DNA from: Octopus vulgaris
Lineage: Eukaryota
Reading direction: 5' to 3'
DNA: 64,000 nucleotides
NCBI GenBank assembly: GCA_951406725.2
Contig: OX597823.1
Coordinates: 73,718,001-73,782,000, forward strand
The notes under the pieces are model-generated. The model saw only the letters and a program-made list of their open reading frames with translations, was not told the DNA's origin and did no database searches. Below are positions 14,548 to 27,303 of this stretch, in pieces; position 1 is the first letter of the stretch; each line of letters starts with the position of its first letter. Position numbers and translations under genes: made by a program.

Positions 14548-15642
14548 CAAGGGTTGGCTGAAAAGTTCATAGGCTGATTGAGACACTAATAAAATGTGAT
14601 TAAATGAGGTTCATTTTCAACATGTCCCCCTTGCAGTCTACACAATTCTTCCATTGGTGTTGCAGTGCTTGGATCTCATTGGTGAAGAAGCTTTCATCTT
14701 GTTAGCTAAAAACGATAAGGTGAGAGGGTGGAAGAAAACAAGTTGCAGTCAGAACTATAGGACATGTGCTTTTTTTCATATTGGGGAACAGATGATAGTC
14801 AGATGGGGCCAAATCAGAACAGAGTGGATGATCAACCAATTTAAGTCCACAGTCATGCACAGCAACCACTGAAACCAAGGACTTGTGTGCAGGAATATAG
14901 GCTTGATGAAACAAGACTCCTTTTGTCAGTTCTCCTAAGTATTTGGTCCTAATAGTCTTTTGTAACTGCCTCAAGAAGTTGGCATAATATTCTTCATTGA
15001 TGGTGTGGCCCTTTTGAAAATAGTCAATAAATGGAATGGTTTTAGCATTCAAAAACTCTGACCATCATTTTCACTGCGGATGATACAACCTTGACCATTT
15101 TTGGAGCAGGTGAGGAGGGGTGTTTCCACTGCATGGATTGTCTCTTTATCTCTGGATCAAAGTGATGTGGTCAACACACATTTGGACTTGGGGGATGTTC
15201 AAGGAAACCAGCTGGATCTGGCTCAAGCAATGTCAGATTTCGCCATGATCTGATCAGCCTTTTGTGCTTTTGATCAGGTGGCAGTTGCAGATCATCTTCA
15301 AGACTCCCCCTATCCCATCTTAAATTCAGCTACCCACTTTTGCACTATTGATAAAGCCGAAGCATTATTCCCTAATATAGCAAGCATATCAACATGAATG
15401 TCCTTGAAAGTTAAACTGTTTTTCTGTAGATACTTGATAATACTTCGATGCCAAATTTTGTACATTTTCAAGAGAAGTTGCTACTAGTTACTTTTGAAGT
15501 CTTTGAACCGTGACATGTCAGTTCACCTGGAAAGAAACTATGCAGTTGTTAATAAGAACAGTTGAAATCAATGCATGCAAGATTTCAAAGCTCAAGTATC
15601 ACTCCTTCATAGTCAGCCTATGAACTTTTCAACACATCATCA
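14548..15642 (-). mobile_element. Degenerate mariner element
   Basis: TIRs GCTGAAAAGTTCATAGGCTGA / TCAGCCTATGAACTTTTCA; ORF remnant IDYFQKGHTINEEYY..DHPLCSDLAPSDYHLFP. Confidence 0.85.
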
Positions 15643-17060
15643 TATAGCCAATAGTAAACAATACAAATATTTATCTACTGCTGTTATATATAATCTAATA
15701 GACATTGTCAAATGTATATAAATGTCGTTTTTTTATCTCTCTACTGACAATTTAAAAAACCATGTTCTTTTACATTTGTCTACATGTATTACATTACACA
15801 CCACAAGGATACCTAAAAATTTGTATTGTTTATCATTAGTTATACCTTCCTACATATTTCAGAGTGTGCAACATAAATTGTTGAGTTCATCCTTAATGGA
15901 TTAAACTTTTTATTGTCCTTAAAGCGAGAATCTTGTTTTAGGTTTCAATTCTCAGGCCAAGCAGTCTGCTGGTTAATATGAAGGTTCCAGTGTTTTATAA
16001 TATCTATTTCTTCTTCATAATTTTTGCTCAATCACAGCTGCCTGTGACTGCCCAGTAACAAGCGTATGCTCACAAAGAAAATAACAAAACATATCATTAA
16101 TTGGATAAAATTTGAATTTGAGCATGGACATTTCTAAAGCACTTAATAACAACAAAATACATGCATGGATTATGTACTTCTAATTACATAGTGGTAAGTA
16201 CTTTAAAACAAAAGCCAAATTCCAGCAACAAGCATCTATAATTTGATTCCAGCCATTAACTACACCTATTCTTCTCTTCACATTATCACTAATATCTTTG
16301 GGAAAAGCATGAACATCTCAGCATATTTTTTTCCCTTTGCATACTTCAAGAAAAGCATAACAGGAAATAAGTAATTTTCTCCAATTCAAATGCTATGATA
16401 CCATAACAAGATTATATCTGGAAAATTTGTTTCTTAAAAGTAAAATCATAAGGCACACCTTGTACATAGCAATATTATCTTATCTAGCTATTATTTTTTT
16501 ATTTCAGATGCTAGTCTTGTTTACTTCTGTTTTATTTGTTGGTTTTTCAGCAGTTTCTCAATGTCAACCATTGTTTATATAAATGTCACTGAAACGAGTT
16601 TGTAGAACAATGAATAAATATTTTTTTAAAGGTAGAAACTTGTGCTAAGAATAGAATATTTGGTCGGAATATAACCTTAGATTATCCATCACTGAATCCT
16701 TTGGAGATCACATTCTTAAAGTATAGAATTAATGTACAAAAGTCTTTACTCTGTGGTGTGGTTTCACCATTTTGTGCGTATTTATTCTTTTCTTATTGGT
16801 CTCTCTCTTTGTGTGCCTACTCTTAGGTCAAATATGCAGATATATTCTTTGATCGATGATTTAATTCGCAACTGGAACAATCTAGATGTAAACAAACCTT
16901 CATTTGTTTTATTTTAATTGGTAAAGGTTACAAAGTGATTCAAGAGCTAAGAGCTTTGTGTGTTAGCACTAAACCTAGTCCCACATACAAGTATGTGTGG
17001 GTTTTTCTTGTTAATGATTTCAGAAACTTTGTAGAGGCTATCATCAGACTCTATTTACAT

Positions 17061-17460
17061 ACTCTCTTTTACTCTTTTACTTGTTTCAGTCATTTGACTG
17101 CGGCCATGCTGGAGCACCGCCTTTAGTCGAGCAAATCAACCCCGGGACTTATTCTTTGTAAGCCCAGTACTTATTCTATCGGTCTCTTTTGACAAACCGC
17201 TAAGTGACAGGGACGTAAACACACCAGCATCGGTTGTCAAGCAATGCTAGGGGACAAACACAGACACACAATCACACACACACACACATATATATACGAC
17301 AGGCTTCTTTCAGTTTCCGTCTACCAAATTCACTCACAAGGCATTGGTCGGCTCGGGGCTATAGCAGGAGACACTTGCCCAAGATGCCACGCAGTGGGAC
17401 TGAACCCGGAACCATGTGGTTGGTAAGCAAGCTACTTACCACACAGCCACTCCTGCGCCT
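17061..17460 (-). mobile_element. tRNA-derived SINE (family B)
   Basis: Full ~400-bp copy of the family also present at 37924-38345(+), 58278-58672(-), 28163-28420(+) and decayed at 4380-5135(-), 42050-42240, 56670-57080 and 60000-60210. Confidence 0.85.
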
Positions 17461-18699
17461 ATAATAGGAAAGTTTTTAAAAATTGCTGGGTTTTTAGTAA
17501 AACAAAGTGTAAAATTTGATAGCTAAAATTTATTTGTCTGCTCTTTATTTACAATAATCTAATAAGCAATATATTTATAGGGAATATTCAAGATGGAATT
17601 TATAGAATTGTAATATATATCGGTTGGAACACAACATAGTAGATTTTTACATTTCTTTCTCCTACTTAGACTCATGATAGCATAGACAGACATGCTTGAT
17701 GGTAGAATTAGTAATGTGTTTGGGATTAGCAGTGTTCTGTTATATTCTCAGTTACAACACTATCAAGAATGACTTTTCCATTCTTCCTTCTAAGGTCAAT
17801 AAAATAAATACAAGTGAAATATGGAGACCAATTTAATCTACAATTGTGTTAGAAAATTTTTAACACTTTATTGGGCTTTCTATTGGTAGAAAAGACTCAC
17901 ATACTCAAGTCTTGATTTATTGAGGATATCAGCTTGTGGTCAATTACATGAGATTAATGGTTCTCAGTCAGGGTCTATATGGCCCCTGGGGGTCTGTATA
18001 AGATTTTGTTGTTAAAATTTATCTGCAATAAATCAGTTATATTTCTACAACAGACAAAATATTTTAACAATTTTTTAAAAACAGAATGGCTATGAGGGCC
18101 ATCTGAGTAAAATAGGAATAAAAGGGCTCCATAGGTAAAATAAAATGGTTGAGAAACACAATGCTGTATACATCTCAAATATTCGTGTGTATCATGAGAG
18201 CAATCAATATACAGATTGACAATTATTCTATACAGAACTAAGTAAAAGTTATAAAATGTTGGAGTTTTAAGCATCATCTTCCTTTAACATATGTTTCCTA
18301 TGCTGGTTTGGGTTGGATGGTTTAACAGGAGCTGGTATGCCAGAAGACAGCCAAACTCTTCTGTTTTCTTTGGCATGGTTTCTATGGTTGGATGCCTTTC
18401 CTAACACCAACCATTAAAAGAATATACTGGGTCTGTTTATGAACTAAAAAATCTTGATTAAGTGGGTGCTTTTGTTTTAATTAATGATTAATTCTTGTCA
18501 AGGAACTACAAAATTTAAATTAAAACTAGGATGCAATGCAGAACTTGTCCAATCTTTGGCAGCACATTGACAACTCTATTAAAATGTTCACTAAGAAGTG
18601 AAAATCATCATTCAAAATAGATAGCAGTAACTTTATAAAGTTACTAAAGTCATATGTTAAACATGAGAAAACCCTTCAGATGCATATTTTCTCCATCCA

Positions 18700-19150
18700 T
18701 CTATCCCTTTTCTACACCTATTATTCTTGGGAGGGACATTCAGGTAGAGTCCTCGGGCATCTCCTCCATAGGGTCTTAGCAGAAACTACTTTCATTACAC
18801 TTATCAACTGGATTTTCAAGCTTGACCAGCTGAGCCTATGGATGATATCCAGCCATCTCAGCCTTTGTCTGCTCCCCGGTCCCCTGCTAGTTGGCCTGCC
18901 TTGAAAAATCCATCTTGTGATTCTTTCCTGCAACATTCCAGTCATTTGTTCATAGTGCCAGAGCTGTGACTTTCTAATGTGAAGAAGTAGTGGCTTGACC
19001 TGGAGAGATGCCTTCATCTCTTTGCTGCACACTCTGCTGAGTAACATTATTTTGAAGATCCTCCAAACAAGCACCATATCTGCTACTTGTATCCATGATT
19101 GTCCTCTTTCAGTCATTACCTGATATTCATGGCCATAGGTGAGGTTAGGT
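18700..19150 (-). mobile_element. RTE-like LINE fragment
   Basis: ORF remnant PLLLHIRKSQLWHY..RGPGSRQRLRWLDII resembles the C-terminus of RTE-clade reverse transcriptases. Confidence 0.65.
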
Positions 19151-20406
19151 CCAAAATCGACTTTTTCTTTTTACATTTAAAATAATTTCCCATGATTATT
19201 TTGAATCTCTGTTCAGTTGCAAGTTTTGGAGCAATTATATTTATAAATGAAAACCATGGAGATGCACTCTGAAATGGTTCCTGAGGGTTTCAAATTGTAT
19301 ACATGCCTGACTGTTGTCCATTCAACAGTTACAGTCTATAGAGAGAGCAAGCATTGAAATAATGTTGCATCTCATATATATATATAAATATGGTTGGCTC
19401 TCACTTATGTAATATAGTTGGGTGCAGAACAGATTATCCTTGAGTTTGATATTCTCAAAATATAAAGCAGAGGAGATGACGCTGATCAGATCTGTTAATT
19501 GAAAGTTCTGGAAAATTTAGTCAATATACATAACCAGTAGGGTGGGGTGAATCTGGTCTACAAATCCAGCTGGTGAAAGCACTATAATATAAAGTATACA
19601 GTAAATCATGTTCTACTTAGTAAGATTAATAACGATCAGTAGATATTAAACTAGATGGAATACAGTAACATTGATTATGAGTACTAATGAGAGAGTTGAA
19701 GGAAAATACCTCAATAGACTATTACACATATGAAATGCAAAAGGCAATTACCAGCATTGCCTTACTGGCACATGTGCTGGTGGCATGTGTGAAAAGATTC
19801 GAGTAAGGTCGTTGCCAGTACCGCCTGACTGGCCCCCGCACTGGTGGCACATAAAAGCACCCACTACACTCTCAGAGTGGTTGGCGTTAGGAAGGGCATC
19901 CAGCTGTAGAAACTGCCAGATCATGACTAGAGCCTTGTGCAGCCATCTGGTTCGCCAGCCCTCAGTCAAAATCATCCAACCCATGCTAGTATGAAAAGCG
20001 GACGTTAAATGATGATGATGATGGCAAGGTCTCACAAATTAATTGGAAAAGCTTTAACTTGCTATGCAATTAATAAAAAATGAAAAATTCTCTTTAATTG
20101 TGCATAAAGGTTAAAAACAACAAGTACAGTAAAAAGTATTACTTGAAAACTTTTAGAAACTATAGACATTGCAGTGTAGTCGTGTTTGATATATTATATA
20201 GTCTTGCTGCAGAATGTAGATGTACTAAAAATTCTTGGCACAATGGTTTATGTTTAGGCATGGTTAGGATTTCTGGCTCATTAAATTGCCATCACATTCC
20301 ACTAAACTCACAGTTCAAACAAATTATAGCTTACAGTTACATAAAAGATACTACATTATATACTGTAGTTTGACAACTGTTAAAATTTCTGTTTGCATAC
20401 AATATA

Positions 20407-20595
20407 TGAGGGGGTGCTGAAAAGTTCCTGGCTTTGAGTAAAAGAAAATACAGGGGAATCAGTTAAGTATGATTCACATACTTATTGTAACAGTCCTTCA
20501 GTTTTTCTAAACCCTGTAAAAGAACTCAGAAGGTTGGGCCTCTAACCAGGCCTTTTGTGATACCCTTAATGCCAGAATTTTTCAGCACCTGTTCA
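20407..20595. mobile_element. Mariner-derived MITE
   Basis: TA-flanked TIRs GGTGCTGAAAAGTTCCTGGC / GCCAGAATTTTTCAGCACC, related to the 14548 element. Confidence 0.7.
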
Positions 20596-20643
20596 TATAT
20601 GAAACTTAGGAACTTGAATTGACCAATTTATATTTAAACATTC

Positions 20644-21229
20644 AGATCTTTACCTTTTGACCTACAGATTTAAAAAATGATTTTTGTAACTAAACACTTC
20701 GGACAACTGGTAGAATATGACATATAAAACGTGTCTTACTCTTAGCATTTTTGAGAAAAACTTATATTTACGAAGATGTTTCACCTTAAAGTTCTCGTAT
20801 TTCAGTAATTTCAACCAATCAATGATGTGTATTCAGCTGAATAAAATTACTGCCATTGTTTGTCAACAACAACTATTGGCGGTGTATTTTTCATTTGTCA
20901 CTGTTATTTATGACATCGTTTGTACTGGTTTTAAGGTTTTAGGGTTAGGGTTGTCATAAATAAGAGCGACAAACAAAATATACACTGCCAGAAGTTGTTG
21001 ACAAACAACAGCAGTAATTTTATTCAGCTGAATACACATCATTGATTGGTTGGAATTACCAAAATACGAGAACTTTAATGTGAAATATCTTCGTAAATAT
21101 AAGTTTTTCTCAAAAATGCTAAGAGTAAAAGATATTTTATATGACACATTCTACCAGTGTCCGAAGTTTGAAAGTGTTTAGTTACAAAAAATTATTTTTT
21201 TAAATCTGTAGGTCAAAAGGTAAAGATCC
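20644..21229. mobile_element. Merlin-like fold-back MITE
   Basis: ~270-bp inverted arms, (A/G)GATC..GATCC ends, exact 8-bp TSD AAACATTC, central TTAGGG repeats. Confidence 0.8.
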
Positions 21230-21804
21230 AAACATTCTTTTGATGGAATGAATATCTATAGTGTCTGAGAAGCAGAATATCCAAGGTTTCTCCCTTAGCT
21301 GTTATTAAGAGGCTCTGTTTAGTTACCAAACTTTTTAATTCCATTTGCTCCAAAGGCTAAGAAAAGTCATGACTGAATCTTGCAATGAGGTCATGTAACT
21401 TATGAAGCAAACAATTTATGTTGTACAGCTGACCATCAGCCAAAGTTATTGCAGTTGTATCCATTCTCCTTAAAAGGATCTGAAAGTGGAACATATAGGT
21501 GACATCTCTGTGAGTTAGAGATATACAACAAGAGATGTCTGAGGTAGTGGCACAACAGATGGAGAAATGCCAACTTGCGCAAGCAACCCAATAATTCTAT
21601 CAGTAAAGCCATGATTACATGATATCGGCTTCAAAGAGCTGCCCACACCATGTAAATGTTACGCCATCAATTGTCTACATAGATGCTTTTCTCTCAATTC
21701 AATGAAGGAAAGTACATGTGAAGAAAAAAGAAGTTTGAAAAATTGAGCACCAGTGAATAACCAACACAAGTGGAGATGGATCTCAACAATACTTTGACCG
21801 TGTG

Positions 21805-22110
21805 CAGGCACATGGCCTAGTGATTAAAGCAGTGGACTCGCGATCGAGGGATTGCGGGTTCAAATCTCAGACTGGTCGATGTGTGTGTTTATGAACGAAA
21901 ACACCTAAGCTCCACACGGCTCCAGCTGAAGGTAATGGCAAACTTCTGCTAACTCTTTCGCCACAACTTTCTCTCACTCTTTCCTCCTACATCATGCAGC
22001 TCACTTGCGATGGACCAGCATCCTGTCCAGGTGGAGAACCTATACGCCAAGGAAACCGAGAAACCGGCCCTTATGAGCCAGGCATGGCTTGAGAAGGAAC
22101 AAACAAAACA
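21805..22110 (+). mobile_element. tRNA-derived SINE (family D)
   Basis: A/B-box-like head TGGCCTAGTG..GGTTCAAATC; second copy on the minus strand at ~37410-37680. Confidence 0.75.
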
Positions 22111-24282
22111 ACAATACTTTGACCTGGTATAAGATATCTCACCAATAAATGTAAACATAGAAAGCAGCACAAAGTGACCAACACTGCATCTCTTCTCCCA
22201 CAAGACAACATGGCTGGTCTGCTGTTAAAATAGTGAGTCCTGCATTAGCCTACATAATCAGAAGCAGGTTCACTGAAATTAAAGGTAGCGACTGTCATTC
22301 TCAACTGAAGAATTGCTAACGAAAGTTGATCAGAGGGTTATGAACCTAATTGAGTATTGTGAGATGTAAATCTGTGTGAACATACTTGATCCAAACAATA
22401 AGGAATCCATCATCCCATTAGTGTTTCTCATAACAGTGAGACTAATATTGGAGTGGAGGACATTTGTTAGCCAACAATAAACTCTCGGTCATCTTGGAAT
22501 GTTACTGAAATCAGTTATGTTCATAAAGTTGTCATAAAATGGTGATGACTACTTTGGTACTTCAGACTCAGGATGTTCTACGATGTCACCATCAATGTTT
22601 GGAATATGTCATAATAATTACATTTGTGTATGAATGATCAATCATTTTGGTTAGTAATATATAGTTCAATGCAGCAAGCTGGCAAAATTGTTTGCATGCC
22701 AAGCAAAAAATTAGCATTATTTCGTCTACTTTTACATTCTGAGTTCAAATTCTACCAAGGTTGACTTTACCTTTCATCCTTACATCATCATCATCATCAT
22801 CGTTTAACGTCCGCTTTCCATGCTAGCATGGGTTGGACAATTTGACTGAGGACTGCTGAACCAGATAGCTGCACCAGGCTCCAATCTTGATCTGGCAGAG
22901 TTTCTACAACTGGATGCCCTTCCTAATGCCAACCACTCCAAGAGTGTAGTAGGTGCTTTTACGTGCCACCAGCATGAGGGCCAGTCAGGCGGTACTGGCA
23001 ACAGCCATGCTCAAATGGTGTTTTTTACGTGCCACCTGCACAGGAGCCAGAGTAGATAAAATCAGTACCTGTTGAGCACTGGGGTCGATATAATTGACTT
23101 ACTACCTCCCATGAAATTGCAGGCCCTGTACCAAAATTTAAAACCAATATATGAGGATTTCAGACTAGAAGCATCATGCATCCCTCTTTAACAGTTTTTG
23201 TATTGACTCTTTTTGTGACAGTTTAAGAGTGGATATGCATATATTTCTGAATAACTGCAAGGTTACCTTGTGAAAGATATAAATACTGTGCTTGTTTGCA
23301 AATGATTATGCTTCTGAAAGAGCTAATTCTATCTCTGCTCCAGAATTCTCAACTTCTTATAACTATTCGTCACTACCATGTATCTCTTATACAGTTAGAC
23401 ACCTGTTCCTGTATCCCTGTTGTTCTTTAGCCTCACAATACCTAGCACAAAGTCAACTTTATCAATACTGCAGTGATTTTTCAATCACCATTTTCCTGTA
23501 TCCATAGCGATTCTGTCTTAGTATGCAGTTGGCCATGGATACATCTTACTTTCAAAACCCAAAGAGACAGAAATGCACATTCAGCATTCTCATCACCCCT
23601 GCTTAACGATTTTCGTCTGTTACTGACGTATTTGTATTTTTAAACAGAGTACATCCGTAAGTGATATTGTCTCTAGACGAATACCACAGTTAATTTGCCT
23701 TTTGTGCTGTATTTTCATCAAGTATGATACACTGGTAGCTGTTTTAATCTAATACCAATTCTGTTGTACATAACAGATTTTTATTCAGCCAGACAGCAAG
23801 TTGCAACACCAGTAATTTTTCAATTATTGTTTCCCTACATAAGTATATAAGTATGTTGCACAAATGGATGTATGTGTTTGTTTACTGTAAGTTACATTAA
23901 TTTACCAGTTCTGTTTACATTACAAGCCAGTGATCGCCTATTTTCATTTGATAACTGATTTATCAGTGTTTTTTCAACTGCTAAATTTTTATTTTTTTAT
24001 TTTTATGTACCGATAAATTTTCCATTTGAAGATGGCAGCGTTGTTATTACACACTTGCAGGAAGTAAATAAAATCGAGAAATTCGATGTAAAAATAATAA
24101 TTGTCTGATAGAATTAAAGAATACTAAAGCACTAGAACATTTTCAACGTCAAAGTATTAAAATTCTGACAAAATATCCACCACTTGACGGAATTCACAAA
24201 ATTAAGCGATCTAAACACAGTGTGTTGATTATTTGTCCCAGCTTAAATACAATGTGATAATTTTTGCAGTGCAGATTCATAC

Positions 24283-24325
<43 letters not shown>

Positions 24326-24328
<3 letters not shown>

Positions 24329-24740
24329 TAGCAACAGGATATCAAGAAGTGCTGCATCACAACTGTTTCAACTGACTCCATTTAATTGAACAATGCAATC
24401 ATTACATCAATTTAAATGCAGGGCTATCCTCAGCTGCATAAATAAATAAATAGAATTTTTAATTAGTTGGACACATTAATATAATTTTACTCAAATACTC
24501 TAATAGAGCAAGAAGATGGAAAGAATCTGTGTTGCCACTAATGTAGCTAAGAACATACTACACTTCCAAGAAATGTATGAAGTTTGTTGGTGTCATAGCT
24601 TGTGAGGGATTGTGGTTCATTTTTAATTGATTAGTCTTTTTATCAACTACTAAATCTAATGATGTAATGATTGCATTGTTCACTTAAATGGAGTCATTTG
24701 AAACGGCCGTACTGCATCACCTCTTAATATACTGTTGCTT
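24326..24740. mobile_element. Penelope-like remnant with inverted ~85-bp arms and hammerhead-like motif
   Basis: Arms ~24326-24410 and ~24655-24740 are inverted; ATGCAG-CTGAGGA (minus, 24427-24439) and GAAAC-GGCC-GTA-CTGCAT (plus, 24700-24717). Confidence 0.55.
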
Positions 24741-25276
24741 ATTTTAATTTTATTCACCTTTGAGTTGTATGGATAATACCACACTGATTTGGTGCTTCAA
24801 CTTAAGTACCTAATTCAACTGAATCTCAATTATTTCTTATTTATAAATATATATATATATATATATATATCGAGAGAGAGAGAGATACACACAAAGCTTC
24901 AGCAGTAAATGAATCTAACCAGATTCACGTAGTTGTGTAACAAAGGTAACCACATAACCCTTACCTACACCTTTTATGTGCTGAATTGAAATACAGTTGA
25001 GGTAGATAAAATAATTACCAGTCAAGTACTGAGGTCAATCTAACCGACTGTGTCCTCGAAATTCATTGTATTGTACCTAACCTAAAAATTGTCGGCAGCC
25101 ATCAAAGGAAAGTTCTTAGTTTTCACGTGAAAATGCAGAGAGAAGTGTTTTGGGGGGTTTTTTTGTCCTTTTTAGATAATAGTCTCACATAAATGTTTAG
25201 AAGCTTCTCCCTAAGTTTCAATCCGGAATTTCAACTTCAGAGTTCGTTTTGGTAGTGGCTAGGTATTATGTCAGTA

Positions 25277-25363
25277 GCCTCAGTAGCCAGTGCGTCAGTC
25301 TCATAATCAAATAAAATATGTCGAGGAATCTGAAGGTCGTGAGTTCGATCCTCACCTGGGGCA
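25277..25363 (+). tRNA. tRNA-Met(CAT) elongator with 22-nt intron and ~8-nt D-arm deletion (probable pseudogene)
   Basis: GCCTCAG..CTGGGGCA acceptor stem, TCAGT-CTCATA anticodon arm (CAT 25302-25304), intron 25306-25327, T-arm GTGAGTTCGATCCTCAC, T-run terminator at 25376-25380; D-loop missing relative to canonical metazoan tRNA-Met. Confidence 0.85.
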
Positions 25364-25384
25364 CGTCAATCTTAATTTTTATAA

Positions 25385-25615
25385 GGCGGCGAGCTGGCAG
25401 AAACGTTAGCACGCCAGGCAAAATGCTTTGCGGTATTTCGTCTGCTGCTACGTTCTGAGTTCAAATTCCGCCGAGGTTGACTTTGCCTTTCATCCTTTCG
25501 GGGTCGATAAATTAAGTACCAGTTACGCACTGGGTCGATATAATCGACTTAATCCCTTTGTCTGTCTTTGTTTGTCCCCTCTATGTTTAGCCCTTTGTGG
25601 GCAATAAAGAAATAA
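25385..25615 (+). mobile_element. SINE family A (~230 bp)
   Basis: GGCGGCGAGCTGGCAGAAACGTTAGC..GAGTTCAAATTCC..GCCTTTCATCCTTTCGGGGTCGATAAA; further copies at 30209-30437 (17-bp TSD TATATCTGTATTATCAG), 50810-51040, 54373-54603 and 62885-63232(-). Confidence 0.85.
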
Positions 25616-25661
25616 GATATTATGTCAGTATTATCCACGTTGTATTATATTATCTGTGCCA

Positions 25662-25733
<72 letters not shown>

Positions 25734-26611
25734 AAATCGAAGAAACGAGATTTTGCTGTCATCACAATCTTTATGATTACAAACTACAATGGATAATTTC
25801 GTGAACTCATAGGATACAACTACTTTCCTTTTATACACACACATGCACGTACGAACACACACATGCACGTACGAACACACACAAACAATAACAACAACAC
25901 AGCCCTTTAAAGAAAATGGACGTTTCAATCTTTTGCTGTGTAAACCTACTGAGCCGTTATGTTCGATATTCACTCTTTGTAACAAACAAAGAAAAGCAAT
26001 AAAATGTTCGAGTTGATTGATATATGACGACAAATCTCACTTCACCGTTCCTTCGTTCTCGCTTCTGAGTGATCCTTAAAATTTTTCTACTCCGTTTCAC
26101 TTCATTCCTTTCAAGTCGGTAAAATAAAATATTAATCAAGATGATTTACATTGATCTAATGTATTCTAGATGATAATAGGATTATAAAAGAAAAGTATAT
26201 TTGATAATTCCTTACAAGTATTGCTTTTTAAGTTTTTGTAAGATAAGAATTGAGAGTTTTCTGGACAGAGGAGTGGAGTGGGGCATAAGATACTACGAGT
26301 TAGAGGTGTTCAAATATTCGATGAATCAATAAAATGGAAATGTAGTTTTAAATTTCAAACAATGAGCAAGAATGTTTGAAGACAATATCAAAAGAAATTT
26401 AATCCTTTTGATATCAACCCTCCTGAGACCGCTCCTGGTTCTTTGATACAAATTTCCTGTTTTAAAGCAATCTAAATTAAAATTTCCTTAAAATTTCATG
26501 TTAAATTATGTTCCACGCATAATGACCAAGTTAATGTATTGTATTCTTATTTTCGTAATAAATTGAATGTAAAAGGGTGTATTTCAACAGAAATATGATA
26601 ACAAAAGGTTC

Positions 26612-27015
26612 GGATCTTTTCGGTTTGAACGGCAGTTTTTTAAAATAATTTCCACGTAACTAAACACTTTTAAACTTCGTATACTGGTAGAATGTGTTTA
26701 TAAACCATCTTTTTCTCTTGGCTTTATTGAGAAAATTCTATAGTTTGTAACATATTTGTTGTTATTTTTCTTAAATTTCTGCAATTTCAACCAATCAATG
26801 ACGTCTATTGAGGTGAAAACATTCTGTGCCGTATGAATATGTACCTCGTTTAAGAAATAGATTGGGTTTATTTACATTTCTGAAGAAAAAAAAGATACCA
26901 TTCCCCCAACCCTAAAACAGATTGAAATGCAATAGATCGATACTAGGGTCGTAATTATGGGTGACAATTTCATATGACACCGCTAGAAAAACTGCCGTTC
27001 AAACCGAAAAGATCC
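26612..27015. mobile_element. Merlin-like MITE
   Basis: TIR GGATCTTTTCGGTTTGAACGGCAGTTTTT and its reverse complement; flanked by a ~130-bp direct duplication. Confidence 0.8.
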
Positions 27016-27303
27016 AAATTTTCCTTAAAATTTCATGTTAAATTATGTTCCACGGATAATGACTAAGTTAATGTATTGTATTCTTATTTTCGTAATAAGT
27101 TGAAAGAAAGAGGGTGCATTTCAACAGAAATATGGTAACAAAAGGTTCAATCAACGTAAGAAACGAAATATTTTAAAGCCATTCTTTATACAGAGAGCAA
27201 CAACGATAACTGGTGTTGTGTACAATTGATGAATTTGTAGTGTACATTTATATTTTACAAGCTACAGTCAATTGAGTTTACTCTAATGCGTGATTGATAC
27301 ATA

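Noticed and set aside
16508-16925. Possible decayed exons 1-2 of a second esterase gene (hydrophobic MLVLFTSVLFVGF; KPSFVLF)
   Set aside because: In-frame stops, no HGGG motif and similarity too weak to call; worth a tblastn because it bears on the top finding.
21240-23500. Hidden coding gene in moderately complex sequence
   Set aside because: No sustained ORF or recognisable motif; probably old transposon debris.
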